Shown: in pieces, positions 52,027 through 62,282 of the stretch
Position numbering within the stretch: position 1 is the first letter of the stretch
How the letters are laid out: each line of letters opens with the position of its first letter
Assembly (NCBI GenBank): GCA_051294905.1
Contig: CM119374.1
Coordinates: 21,700,001 to 21,764,000 of the forward strand
Direction of reading: 5' to 3'
DNA: 64,000 nucleotides
Source of the DNA: Botryllus schlosseri
Taxonomy: Eukaryota
Made by a program: the position numbers and the translations under genes
The notes under the pieces: model-generated
Seen by the model: the letters and a program-made list of their open reading frames with translations, nothing else
Told to the model about the DNA's origin: nothing
The model's database searches: none

Positions 52027-52695
52027 AGGGCGGAGATAATAAAGTCAGCTGATTTGGGAGAATGCTAATCATGTGATTAAAAACTGCTAATCGGGACGCA
52101 TCTCAGGCGGAGATAATAAAGTTAGCTGATCCGGAATATTGCTAATCGTGTGATTAAACACTGCTAATTGCGACTCATCAAGTTGGAAAGGTTACCCCCG
52201 ATGGTTAGTCGAGGTGTCCCGAGTTTTAAATCAAGTGGCGTTATCTGTTGCATCATAATGCGAAAACGCGTTAAAGGCCATCAGTTGTCAATTTGTTGAA
52301 TGAAACAGCAGCCTGTTGATAGCGAAACTGCCACAGTAATATGTCGAAATATCATCATCGCAAAATGAAGGTCGTGTCCAATGCGTTCGGTACAACTAAG
52401 AAATGGATTATAGAATATTAGGTATAGCTCTGCAATGGCGGGTACATAATTAGTGAAGCTATTACCTAGGAGACCATCGGCACGGTCATTATTAGAAATA
52501 TTCGTGCCTAGGAATGGTACCCAGTTTTTATAGATAACAAGTTATCTATAGTTTGTTCTGGTTTGATAAATCAAGAGATCTACACTAACTTTATGCGCTG
52601 CGATCAACCGGTTTCCTTAATCCTGGTTTGATAAATCCTGACGAACGCGATAATCGACTTTTATGGCTAATCCAACTTTTTTTTATCTCCGCCCT
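52027..52695. mobile_element. Nested TIR element with an internal tandem duplication of about 77-bp period
   Basis: AGGGCGGAGATAA / TTATCTCCGCCCT termini. Units start at 52029 and 52106. Confidence 0.6.
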
Positions 52696-53010
52696 ATATA
52701 CATACCGACTTCCCCATTCTCAAAGTATTCGGCGGTAACATAATGTTGCGCTACACGCATAAATTTCATGCTACACAGAACGTGGAGAAAACGGATCGTG
52801 GATAGCTATGGCGTTGTTTGTAATTCGAGTTTGTAATTGGGAGTGTCACATCCACAACAGTTCGTTTCGTGCCGTAGATCAGGAAGACAATGTGTATTTG
52901 AAAACTGCGTTTTGAAATGGGCGGCGCCATATCTGCTGTGCTCTTCGAGTCAACGTATCGCACAATTCATGATTTCGATTCGGATACACCGCCAGGAGGT
53001 TTGAGTCAGT

Positions 53011-53050
53011 AGTCATTTCGATGCCGTGGGTTCGAATCCCATCGATGCCA
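53011..53050 (+). pseudogene. 3' half of a tRNA-Leu-like sequence
   Basis: AGTCATTTCGATGCCGTGGGTTCGAATCCCATCGATGCCA resembles the variable arm, T arm and acceptor 3' strand of metazoan tRNA-Leu. No D arm or A-box lies upstream. Confidence 0.6.
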
Positions 53051-53565
53051 CCACGCCACGATACAGAGCCTGTACTCCCTGTTGCATCACGAAACGATGT
53101 CGCCACACGATAAACGTTTAATACATAAGAGAAATCTTAACATTACAAGTAATGGTTATGTCAGTCAACTAAATAAACGGCACAATCAGAGAACTAATCC
53201 TTAGCGTGCCAATTAACAGGTGCCGAAATTCGGCTCCATTCTATTACAAACAAAACTGGCGCATGGAATTTGCGAGTGATATTTTGGCCGCTGGCGTGAC
53301 AGTAACCTAAAATTGATGATTTTGAAGAGAGGGGGTCCAAGCCCCTAAACCCGAAGACGGCATTGTCTTTACCTCTCGAAGACATGCTTATACTGCCACG
53401 AGAATAGTTATTTTAGCCGTGATGAAAATATGCCAACAAGTCGCTGCGATATTGATCAATTCAGTACAAAAATAAATATTTGGCAAAGAGCCATATCTTA
53501 TACCCAAAAGAGCCATATATGGCTCGCGGGCCATAGGTTCCCGACCACTGCTTTGGTCTGACGTT

Positions 53566-53602
53566 AACTCTTGAAAAGAGGCACCTGAAAAGTCTTCGAG
53601 TT
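53566..53602 (+). ncRNA. Minimal hammerhead ribozyme motif (U3-A8 core variant)
   Basis: Helix I AACTC/GAGTT, core TTGAAAA...GAAA, near-palindromic helix III AAGTCTT, and predicted cleavage after C53597. Helix II is weak. Confidence 0.6.
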
Positions 53603-54507
53603 CAATAAATATATACTTTTACAATAGATGTTGTATTGAAAGCTATATGCAAGTTCTGTACCACGAACCAGCTATTTAAGAACAGAGTTTGCAATACTCG
53701 GTAAATCTCTAAACATAACGAATATTGTTTTCCAACCACATATCTCAAGAAACTACGCTTCAGGATATATTTCCAGAAAGATTTGTGATTTTACGCTTTC
53801 GCGGCAGTAGCGGTATTATGAACTCCCAATTTGGATATTTGATCGTGAAATTAATACCGTGTCCTGGCAATGACATCTTACTATCTGTTAATAAATGTTT
53901 CAGTGATGAGTATTGGTGATAACTTGGCTCCAAATCATTGCGGCATCCTACTACCGTTATTTTAAGTTACGATATAGCCCTCATTTTAAGCAAATGTATA
54001 TAGATAGAGTGTGAACGATACGTCCCATTTGCGATCGATGGGAAAGCTTCGAAAAATAAATATTATACTGGAGTAACCGTGCGATTTCGGAGGGTGTGAT
54101 GTGGATAATGGCTACCATGCTAAGATATAGATTAGCATCTTGTCACATCGCCACAGCAACAATCTTATGTAAAAGAGCATCACACGGAATTGATGTCAAT
54201 ACGAGATAAGGTCGTACGGGAGTGTAGCGGAGCTATGTTAGTTGCGGGGCATTTGTATGATAATCGCGCGACTTGTGAACATGATGTAGTATGATACGTT
54301 TGTAGCGGACTTACACATGGGACAATACAATTGTCGGTTTCTAACGGGTCATTGATACTGTTCGATTGATAGCGTAAACAGACACGCTAAATATAGGATA
54401 TATATATTACGAGAAATACCTCAAAGAACACGCTACCAGATCAGCCGAGTTACAATCTCCTCGAACGAGAGTGTGAAACATGATATCAAAAAGAAAAAGT
54501 CTGCAGA

Positions 54508-54515
54508 TATATAAG
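54508..54515 (+). promoter_or_regulatory. TATA box
   Basis: TATATAAG 78 bp before ATG 54586. Confidence 0.65.
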
Positions 54516-54585
54516 CAATGCGAATGCAGCATGATTGGAGCACTGACGCTAATATCACCGGATTGATTGAACTGAACTAAAGAAC

Positions 54586-55302
54586 ATGTTGGGTAATATT
54601 CATAGATGGAACGCGCCACAATCGCAAACGTATGCCGACATCTTAAAATCCCTCGAAGAATCGGCTATCTTCAGTTTTACAGTTCGCAAAGAGCAACGCG
54701 AGCCATTTCGGCACACCTGCATCGAGCTTCGTTTCGACCATAGAGCACGATTCACCATTAACCGACGAATTCCAGACAAAACCTCTCTGCCCGCCGCAGT
54801 GTTAGGGGCTCGCGCTGTCACGTATATCGAAAATGTGAAGCCGGTCATATCTGAAAATTGCGGCACCCTGTTCCAGAGCAGAAACAATGACGAGTCCAAA
54901 GCAATCATTGGGAAATTGCTTTGCGACACCGAAGATACCTATAACTTATGGGATAAAAATTGCAGAGATCACGTTACTACAATCGTTTTGAAAGCGATGG
55001 AAGGGGAAGTCTGGGAATTCATTTCCAAGCAACAATTTCTGAGCTTCGTTGAAGGTGTGCGTGTAGAAGACCGCAAAAGAGTGACGGCCATATTCGTATT
55101 CTATTTTAGTGCACTTTTGCACCTGTCAATCAGTGTTTCCGTAGTCTTCCTGTTTGCAATAACTATTTTATTGACTCTTCATAAGACTGCTAGAGACATC
55201 GCAATACTACTGGTGTCGTCAGTAGTCTCGCTTAGCATGATCAAATCTTGCGTGGAAATTTGCGTGCCTGTGAAAATTCGTCATCTCATCTTAAAGTATT
55301 GA
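54586..55302 (+). CDS. Second intact intronless 238-aa permuted papain-like protein with a membrane tail
   Basis: Intact ORF collinear with 29821-30537 (H43, C126), with AATAAA at 55378. Confidence 0.9.
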   Translation: MLGNIHRWNAPQSQTYADILKSLEESAIFSFTVRKEQREPFRHTCIELRFDHRARFTINRRIPDKTSLPAAVLGARAVTYIENVKPVISENCGTLFQSRNNDESKAIIGKLLCDTEDTYNLWDKNCRDHVTTIVLKAMEGEVWEFISKQQFLSFVEGVRVEDRKRVTAIFVFYFSALLHLSISVSVVFLFAITILLTLHKTARDIAILLVSSVVSLSMIKSCVEICVPVKIRHLILKY

Positions 55303-56351
55303 TTTATTGAATTCATTCATGTGCAATAATTTAAACAATCATTCGTTTTTATTCATATTCTATCACTGTCTTTTTGAAATAAACCGGAAATTATTTATTG
55401 AAACCATCTTTGTTCAATGTGCGGAGGAGAAGAATGCTATATTGAGTCGAAGTATGAGATGGAATGGTCACTCGGGGCATGCTATCGTGGTCTCCGGGAT
55501 CCTATTATCTGCCGAGAAAGAGAATTTTTCACTTGATTGGTGATAATCGATAGATTCTGGCCTTTACAATGCTTCGATTCTTGTGTGCACAACGTGGTCA
55601 AGGAGATAATGTTTTAAATTCATACGTAGATCATTCAGACATCTTTCATGCAGGCATGGTATATCGAGTGAAAGTGGTGATTGTTCCTCACGTGAATGCT
55701 CTCCACCGCGGTTATCAAGTATGTCAATATAATGCAGAGTATAATGTAGTGTACAAAGTACATATCTACAGGCTGTCAATGAGGACATTATTTGTACACA
55801 GATTCAGAATATATACATAGTATTTAGATTAATTCCATCGCAACTTTAACAGGATTACCTATTATGCCCATACTTATTTGGAGCATTCTTACAACTCATT
55901 CACAATGAGATTTGCCATTCAACGGTTTGGGCCATCCAGTCAAGTACATTATCAAGACCGGCCGTACTTTCTGTAGCATTCACGTAAGTTCCTATGAAAT
56001 GGTCATCCATCATATATAGGCCTACTTTCAATTGAGATAGACAGGAAATGTTTGCGGAATTACGGCGGATAAGATGCGTATCCAACTGCATTGTTTCGGG
56101 AATTTGGAAGCGATTGAGTTGTGAAGGAATCGCAAGGTTATTGTTTCAGTACTACCAAATGTTTTTGTTATGACTGACTGTGTCGGATCAACAATAGTGG
56201 GAAAGTCACGGACACCATAGTTTCACCTTGAGCCGCCGTCAGAGTGACTCGGACGAGGATTGTATGCAGGACCTGGCGATCTAGCGATTGACGATCTAAC
56301 ACTATGCAATCCTGTCGTTTTCACACGATTGCACGTGGCAAATTAGCGACA

Positions 56352-57000
56352 ATGTTTCTCACAAAGGATTCTTATAAACTCTAACTATACCTCGATTTCT
56401 TGTGATAAATACGCCCCTAAAGTGTTCGGTTTCGCGTCTGATCCTGTGTTATTCAATAGTTGTTTATTTATTGTTGGTCTTCATAGCTCCGATTGCCATG
56501 CTAATTTATCACACAACCCCCCCTTCAATTTGGATCACTTGAAGTTGTCGATTCTGTGTTCCGTTTATGGGATATTTCCCCACCTCATCGCAGATCATGT
56601 TTCCAAAATTTTCTCTTCTCTACCGGTTTGGGTATTGATGCTAATCCACCGACACGCGTCCTTACGACACAGGATTCTCTCCTTTATGACTGGAGAAACG
56701 TATTCCGACGTTTCTAAATTAAGTAATAATGTTATTACAATAAACATCATGATGGGAGTCCGCAAAGCGACACTTCACAATTTCAAAACCGAAACTCGGG
56801 ATGTTTCTTCTTGCGTCAGTATTAAACCGGGCACATTCCGCGGCTAACGTTCAAAATCCCCGTTACCGCCGGATTTCCAGATTGACAAACGATATTTCAT
56901 TTACGTTAGATATGTCTCTGCTTGTTTTTGTGTATTAAGGACATGCAAAGACGCATTTCAATTACTGTTGTTACATGACTCGTGTAGGGGTTAGTAAAAT
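56352..57000 (+). pseudogene. Divergent-subfamily paralogue, disabled
   Basis: SSDCHA is shared with the 48.6 kb copy through synonymous codon changes. ETYSDVSKLSNNVITINIMMG against DTYNLWDKNCRDHVTTIVLKAMEG, and FCVLRTCKDAF against FMFLKCSKDII. Confidence 0.6.
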
Positions 57001-58881
57001 CTTCTATCACATCAAAGGTTTTGTGTGTCACGTCTTCGCAGATTATAATAGGGTGTTTTTTTTTTCATTTGTATTTCTCGTTCATAATAGGGTACATTGG
57101 GACAGGACATAAACCAATCCATATGTACGTTAAATGTATAGGATTAAAATGTATAATTACAGTATTCGAAAAGTTCCAATATAATATAAATTCCCACCTA
57201 AATAATGAACGATTGTATCACGGTACATACTAACAGCATATATTAATAATAATGAACAACCAGAACTAAAACATTGTTCTTATGTCGAGATTACGCATCT
57301 TTTTTGATATTTTCAACGTCCGCTTACTTTGACGCACTTACAATCACTGGGACTGCAATTATTGTTTCCAGTTCCACCAAAACCGCTGGAATATCCTTTA
57401 CTGACCTGGAAATATTTTGCGACTTTTGTAAAAATTCCAGTTCCTTGATATTTCTTGCCGTCATGTCATTTTGCGTATTTCCAATCTTCAGTAAGTCTAC
57501 CCATGACATGCAGTTTGTTTATGGCATGTAAACATATAGTAAACGCTCGCATGCGAAAGCTCGTAGGCAAACAAAATAAAGTATATGAGAATACGTATTC
57601 AAAAATTGAATATGCCAACGTCATATGCGTCTTAAGTTTATAATCCCATTGAAAATATGCTCGCTGCAAAAATGAGATTGGAGTGAGGGGCTATTTTTGT
57701 GTATGTAAGTTATTTTACGCCCATGCGCGGTAATAACAGTGGTCGGTGTTTGACGTAAAATTACTGCAACCTAGCCATGACATCTTTCCATCTGTTATGT
57801 ATGTTTTACATATACGTTTTGTTGATATTTCGATTTCTGAATTTGCTAATTCTCCGTCATTTTGTTGTTTGTGGTATTTTGTCGACCCCTACACTGTAAA
57901 AAATAAAGGTGGATTTTAGGGTGGAATTAGGGAGGAAATATTGTTTCCACTCATGATCAAGGGAGGGTGACTATAATACACCTCCTGAAAGGTGATATCC
58001 TCCTTTCCACCCCTGTTTGACAGTGGATGATGAATCCGCCTATACGCGTGAGGTGCGCATACGGGGTTGTTGTCGCGAAATTTAATGCGTGCGCCCAAGG
58101 TGGCTGGTTAAACACACATATGAAGGCCGGAAGGACATTGGTATGTAATATGTGACCCTCATATCGGTACACACACAGAGACAGCGAGATAATAGTTATA
58201 AGCCAACCGCGCAACCGTGCACATAATCATTGAATGAAAATCTCTATCTTCATTGCGGGGAGCAGATATTTGTTCAATGTTCAGTTTGAAAGTGTTGGAA
58301 TCAACAATTATTCAATCGTCCGTTGGTCGTCCGCTGTACTAGTAGTTCGACCGTTACTATATAGGTTACTACGTATGTTAGTTATATGCCGTTACCGTAT
58401 ATAGTTAGAAGTTTGTTGTTGCCATTGTTACGGTGCGAGTTACTAGGTCTGTGATTTTTACTGTGACGTCAGAATGATACAGACGGTGAATGAAATCGTC
58501 AGACTGATGCCTGCTTCTGATTGGTTGTTGTATCACTAAAAAGTTCGGGTGGTAAAAAGATGGCGCCGACAACACAGTTGTCTTCGACAAATTTTGTAGT
58601 AAGAGAAGCGAGTTTTTGTGAGTCCATGGAGTATACGAGAGGGAGATAGTTGGCTTTGGATTATGGATTGGCGTTGTGATGCTTGTATTAGAAATGCGTT
58701 ATCGTGTTGGACATACTTGCCCAGCCTGTCAAGTCTTCGGCTGTGAAATTGGATCGTCCAATCACATTGCCACGGCATGCAACAGCTACAGATGCCATTT
58801 AGATTCTCATCACATGACGGTGCAGGCCAGATACCAGCTATTCATGAGCATTTGCTAATCAATCTGTCTCTTTAGGTAGCC

Positions 58882-59100
58882 ATGAAATTGTTAGTTAAGC
58901 TATCAAATTATTGTACGCTGATTACTGTCGACGACGCTTCTGAGATAAGAAGAGAGGTTTCGGAAATACACAAAGGTGAACTCCATGATCGTGACTTCAA
59001 AATCCAGTGTTATGACAGAAGATTAGGCCAGTATCTAGATCTGGAGTATGCGTATGTCGGAGATGATGACGTCTTCAAAGAGGACATTGCAATATGTCAA
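58882..59100 (+). CDS. Probable N-terminal exon of the element's accessory ORF
   Basis: Acceptor ctctttag before the ATG and GT donors at 59101 and 59107. MKLLVKLSNYCTLITVDD...FKIQCYDRRLGQYLDL looks like a small beta-grasp-type domain (inference). Confidence 0.45.
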
Positions 59101-59325
59101 GTAATTGTAAGTAAGCACACACTGAATTCACATCATTTACTTGCTGCTAGCTGAACATTTTTTAGTAGTCCAATTCTAGTGCGATAGTCGTTACATTTCT
59201 ATTGTCGAATTTATCCAGCGTATAATCCACTGGTAGCCGTGGCCCGTCGGTATACATGTTTTGTAGGACCGAATTCTGCAGTACGCTTCTTGTTTTGTAA
59301 TGCCACCCCTGGTCTGCTCATATAC

Positions 59326-59698
59326 TAGGCTTACCATACGTCCTCTTTTGAGAGGATTTGTCCTCTTTTTTGACTTTTTTGAAAATGTCCTCGGAGGACG
59401 CCCTTTTGTCCTCTTTTTTGAGATTTTGTCCTCTTTTTTGAAAATTTAGGTCAGATTTAGAGCAAATTGCGAGTGATATGCCGCAAATTAGCACAGAAGT
59501 GAAGCTCCGGGGGGTATTTCGGAGTGAAAAACGGTGATTTGAGCTCTGAGCGAAAAGGTGATTTTTTTTTTTTTTTTAGTCATCCACCTGGAAATGTGGA
59601 GAGAAAAACGGTATTTTGAGAATTCTACTCCGGTTTTGCAAGTTTTAAATTTCTGAAAAAGTGTCCTCTTTTTAGATTTCCAAAATATGTTAAGCCTA
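59326..59698. mobile_element. Nested hAT-like MITE with GTCCTCTTTT repeats
   Basis: TAGGCTTACCATA / TATGTTAAGCCTA, with flanks TCATATAC / CCATATAC. Confidence 0.8.
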
Positions 59699-60329
59699 CC
59701 ATATACCTGCTTTTGATTGCGTTTGCGTAATATTGATAGTATATTGACTCTTGCTGGTGCGAGACAACATTGTTGTGTTTAAGAACTACGATTGGTTGTG
59801 TGTCGCACGTCCAACAGCTTTCAAAAATGCTTCATGAAGACTAAGTTTCGGTGTCACTGTACTGAATGTCCTATCAAGTTAATTTGAATTATTCCACGCC
59901 CGCAAAAGTAAAGTATATGCATATTGCATATTGTATATCCACACAAGTGCATGCCATCTCACAGTTTGAAAAGCAATGCTGCAAAGCCAATTTTGGTTCC
60001 GTCAGTATTCCTTGCTCCCATAAGTACACATCTCTTTACCCAGGTAAATATTGCATTGCCGAGAAAATGAGTGATCCATTGGATGTGCTGTCGGAAATCG
60101 CCCTCAATTCGACGCCAGGTACTCATGACAGAAACGACAGTTCTGGTGAGTTATACTAAATTTTGAACTGAGCTGTTGGTTTTAACAGAACTTACGATCT
60201 CGTCAATTATGCAATCAAGTAATTAATTGTGATCCATTATTTGCCATATGTGCTCATTAGTCATGTTCAATTGTACAGCAATCAACATCCGGACTTGCCA
60301 TGAGTTTTTGTGCCGTTTTTGATCTATGC

Positions 60330-60532
60330 CAGGGGGATCAACCTGTAGCCTTAGAAGCCGATATGAATAAATAGGTGAGCTCGGAGTATAAAATAAATGG
60401 ACATAATCGACAATTTAATGCGGATATTTGGCTTCAAGTTGGTGCATTACGACTGTGCGCTGGAATGCGGCCGCATGCTGTTTTAATATTAGGAAATCAG
60501 GCCGTGAATAGCAAAAAGGTTGGTCAACCCTG
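60330..60532. mobile_element. Nested hAT MITE
   Basis: CAGGGGGATCAACC / GGTTGGTCAACCCTG, with flanks ATCTATGC / ATCTACAC. Confidence 0.7.
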
Positions 60533-61733
60533 ATCTACACCAATGCCTCCATAGCAAACAACACACTTATGCTCTGTAAGTTAGTTGTATTTTGTATTAC
60601 AGAATCTGACGATCTGGACTGGATGGTTACATTGGTTAGTCTACCTGCCATTTTCCTCAAAAATAAACTTCTTCCTGTCTGATCAGGTACGAATATTTAT
60701 CGATATTATCAAGCAGTTGTTTGATTTGAAGTATACATAATTCGGGACTGTCAGAACGATTCGACAGTCCTAGTCGAACTTTGCATTTTATAGCAACTAT
60801 GTAATTGTAGTTTAAACACATTTTTTCAACGGTATACATCCCATTGCTATTAAATCGTTTTTAGTCTGGCAGCCTTTCATAACTAATCATTTGGCTGGGA
60901 ATTCGACAGCAGAGCAGTCATATTTTTTATAGCTGCAACCGATGAAATAAGATCAGATAAGGGCATTTGAATATTTACTCCTTCTCAAACGCCCTGCTGT
61001 TGACAAGCCCGTGCACCCTTTTCATCGCAGTCGCAGTGAAGCAGTGGTGTACAAATGGCGTTTCGCAAAGCAATTTCTGGGTGTCCACACACTCAATTGG
61101 CAACATGAATGATAACCTAATTTTTAGGCCCAGATTCAGATCATCACGCCGTATATTTAGGCGATTACAAGTATATAAGTGGTGATCTGCAAGCTATGTT
61201 AGTGTTATATACTTCAAGTGGACATCTTGAGTAGTACAGCTTTTTCAAAAAGTAGAACTAAACGCATAATTTTAGCTGTATTTCGAAGGTGGCCACTTTT
61301 CAACTCGATAGATGCATATTCGCAACTTACTCAATATGAGTAATAACATGACAGTTGCAGTAAAACAGAGTTACAAATTTAAAAACTTTTGAGGGTGTCC
61401 AGCCCGCAGGACTGGACGGTCAAAAAGAGGTCGGCATGGTGACGATAAAAAGTTGGTGTCAGCGTGAGCTGCTGACTAACACCTGGTTGTCAAGTCCATC
61501 TAATGTTCATATACCCGAGCCAGAGGCGTTAAACGCAGTTAACAAGGCTATACTGAAGTAGAAGTAGAAAGACATAATTTTACTCGGTACGAGTTATGTT
61601 GTAAACCAGCTACAAGTAGAAGTAGTTTGACAGTCTTTTGATACTACTCAAGTGAGCATGTATTTTTGAATAGTTATAATACACTGCCAATATGTATGTT
61701 TGACCTGTTTCACAATACCAAACCTTTCTTCAG

Positions 61734-61990
61734 ATGCCCAGATCAGCCTACCTTACAATTTGTTCTGCTGTGGAAAAGAAGAAGTGGGCCATCTACTTTG
61801 ATGGGGAGACAGTCCGAGATATCAACAGCTTCCATGAGGAATTTGCAGTGATGCTTTCAGTCTACTGGATATTCGACATACAGTTTTCGACAAACATCAG
61901 AAATTCCCTCACTTTCATGTCAGTTCTAGCACACTGTGGAAAGAGATGAGTTCTGCTGTTCGCACCAAACTTGGTAAAATCTGGGACTAA
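61734..61990 (+). pseudogene. Terminal exon of the CACTA accessory (SAMD3-like C-terminus) ORF, frameshifted near the end
   Basis: Acceptor ctttcttcag. SFHEEFAVMLSVYWIFDIQFSTNIRNSLTF resembles the F..A...LF..Y.VFN..YP motif. KEMSSAVRTKLGKIWD* lies in a shifted frame. Confidence 0.5.
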
Positions 61991-62282
61991 TTTGAAAATA
62001 AAGTTTTGGAATAAAGGCGATGTTGTGATTTATGTCAACGTGGATTATGAAGATTTAATTTAGATGTTATGCGCATCGAAGTCGTTTGACGAAGATATCC
62101 GGATAGGATGAGGTGGTATCTGGATAGGCTGATGAGGTGGTTTACCGATAGCATAGGGGAGGAAAATTTTCCACCTAAAATAGGTGGGGGAGCCCACCAC
62201 CCTTTACGGGTGGAGAAAATACCACCTCCTTTGGGTGATTTTTGAAACACCTCTGTAAGGTGGCCACAGTTTTTACAGTGTA

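Larger units (their letters stand above)
51680..53550. mobile_element. Non-autonomous hAT element inserted in the Penelope terminal repeat
   Basis: CAGTGGTCGGGAACC / GGTTCCCGACCACTG, flanks CTTTAGTG / CTTTGGTC, and GAGCCATAT subterminal repeats. Confidence 0.9.
50690..53657 (+). mobile_element. 5'-truncated Penelope-like element with a GIY-YIG fragment and an inverted terminal repeat
   Basis: 50883-51486 encodes GPEKRPAFLHLPWLG...NVVYQYKCHCDSRYVGRTSQRLFERIKQH...LCRQK (frameshifted). About 50690-50868 is the reverse complement of 51601-51679 plus 53551-53657. Confidence 0.9.
57892..62280 (+). mobile_element. Non-autonomous CACTA/EnSpm-like element (4389 bp)
   Basis: ta-CACTGTAAAAA...TTTTTACAGTG-ta, with a short TIR, GGTGG/CCACC subterminal repeats and a 2-bp flank. 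Confidence 0.85.
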
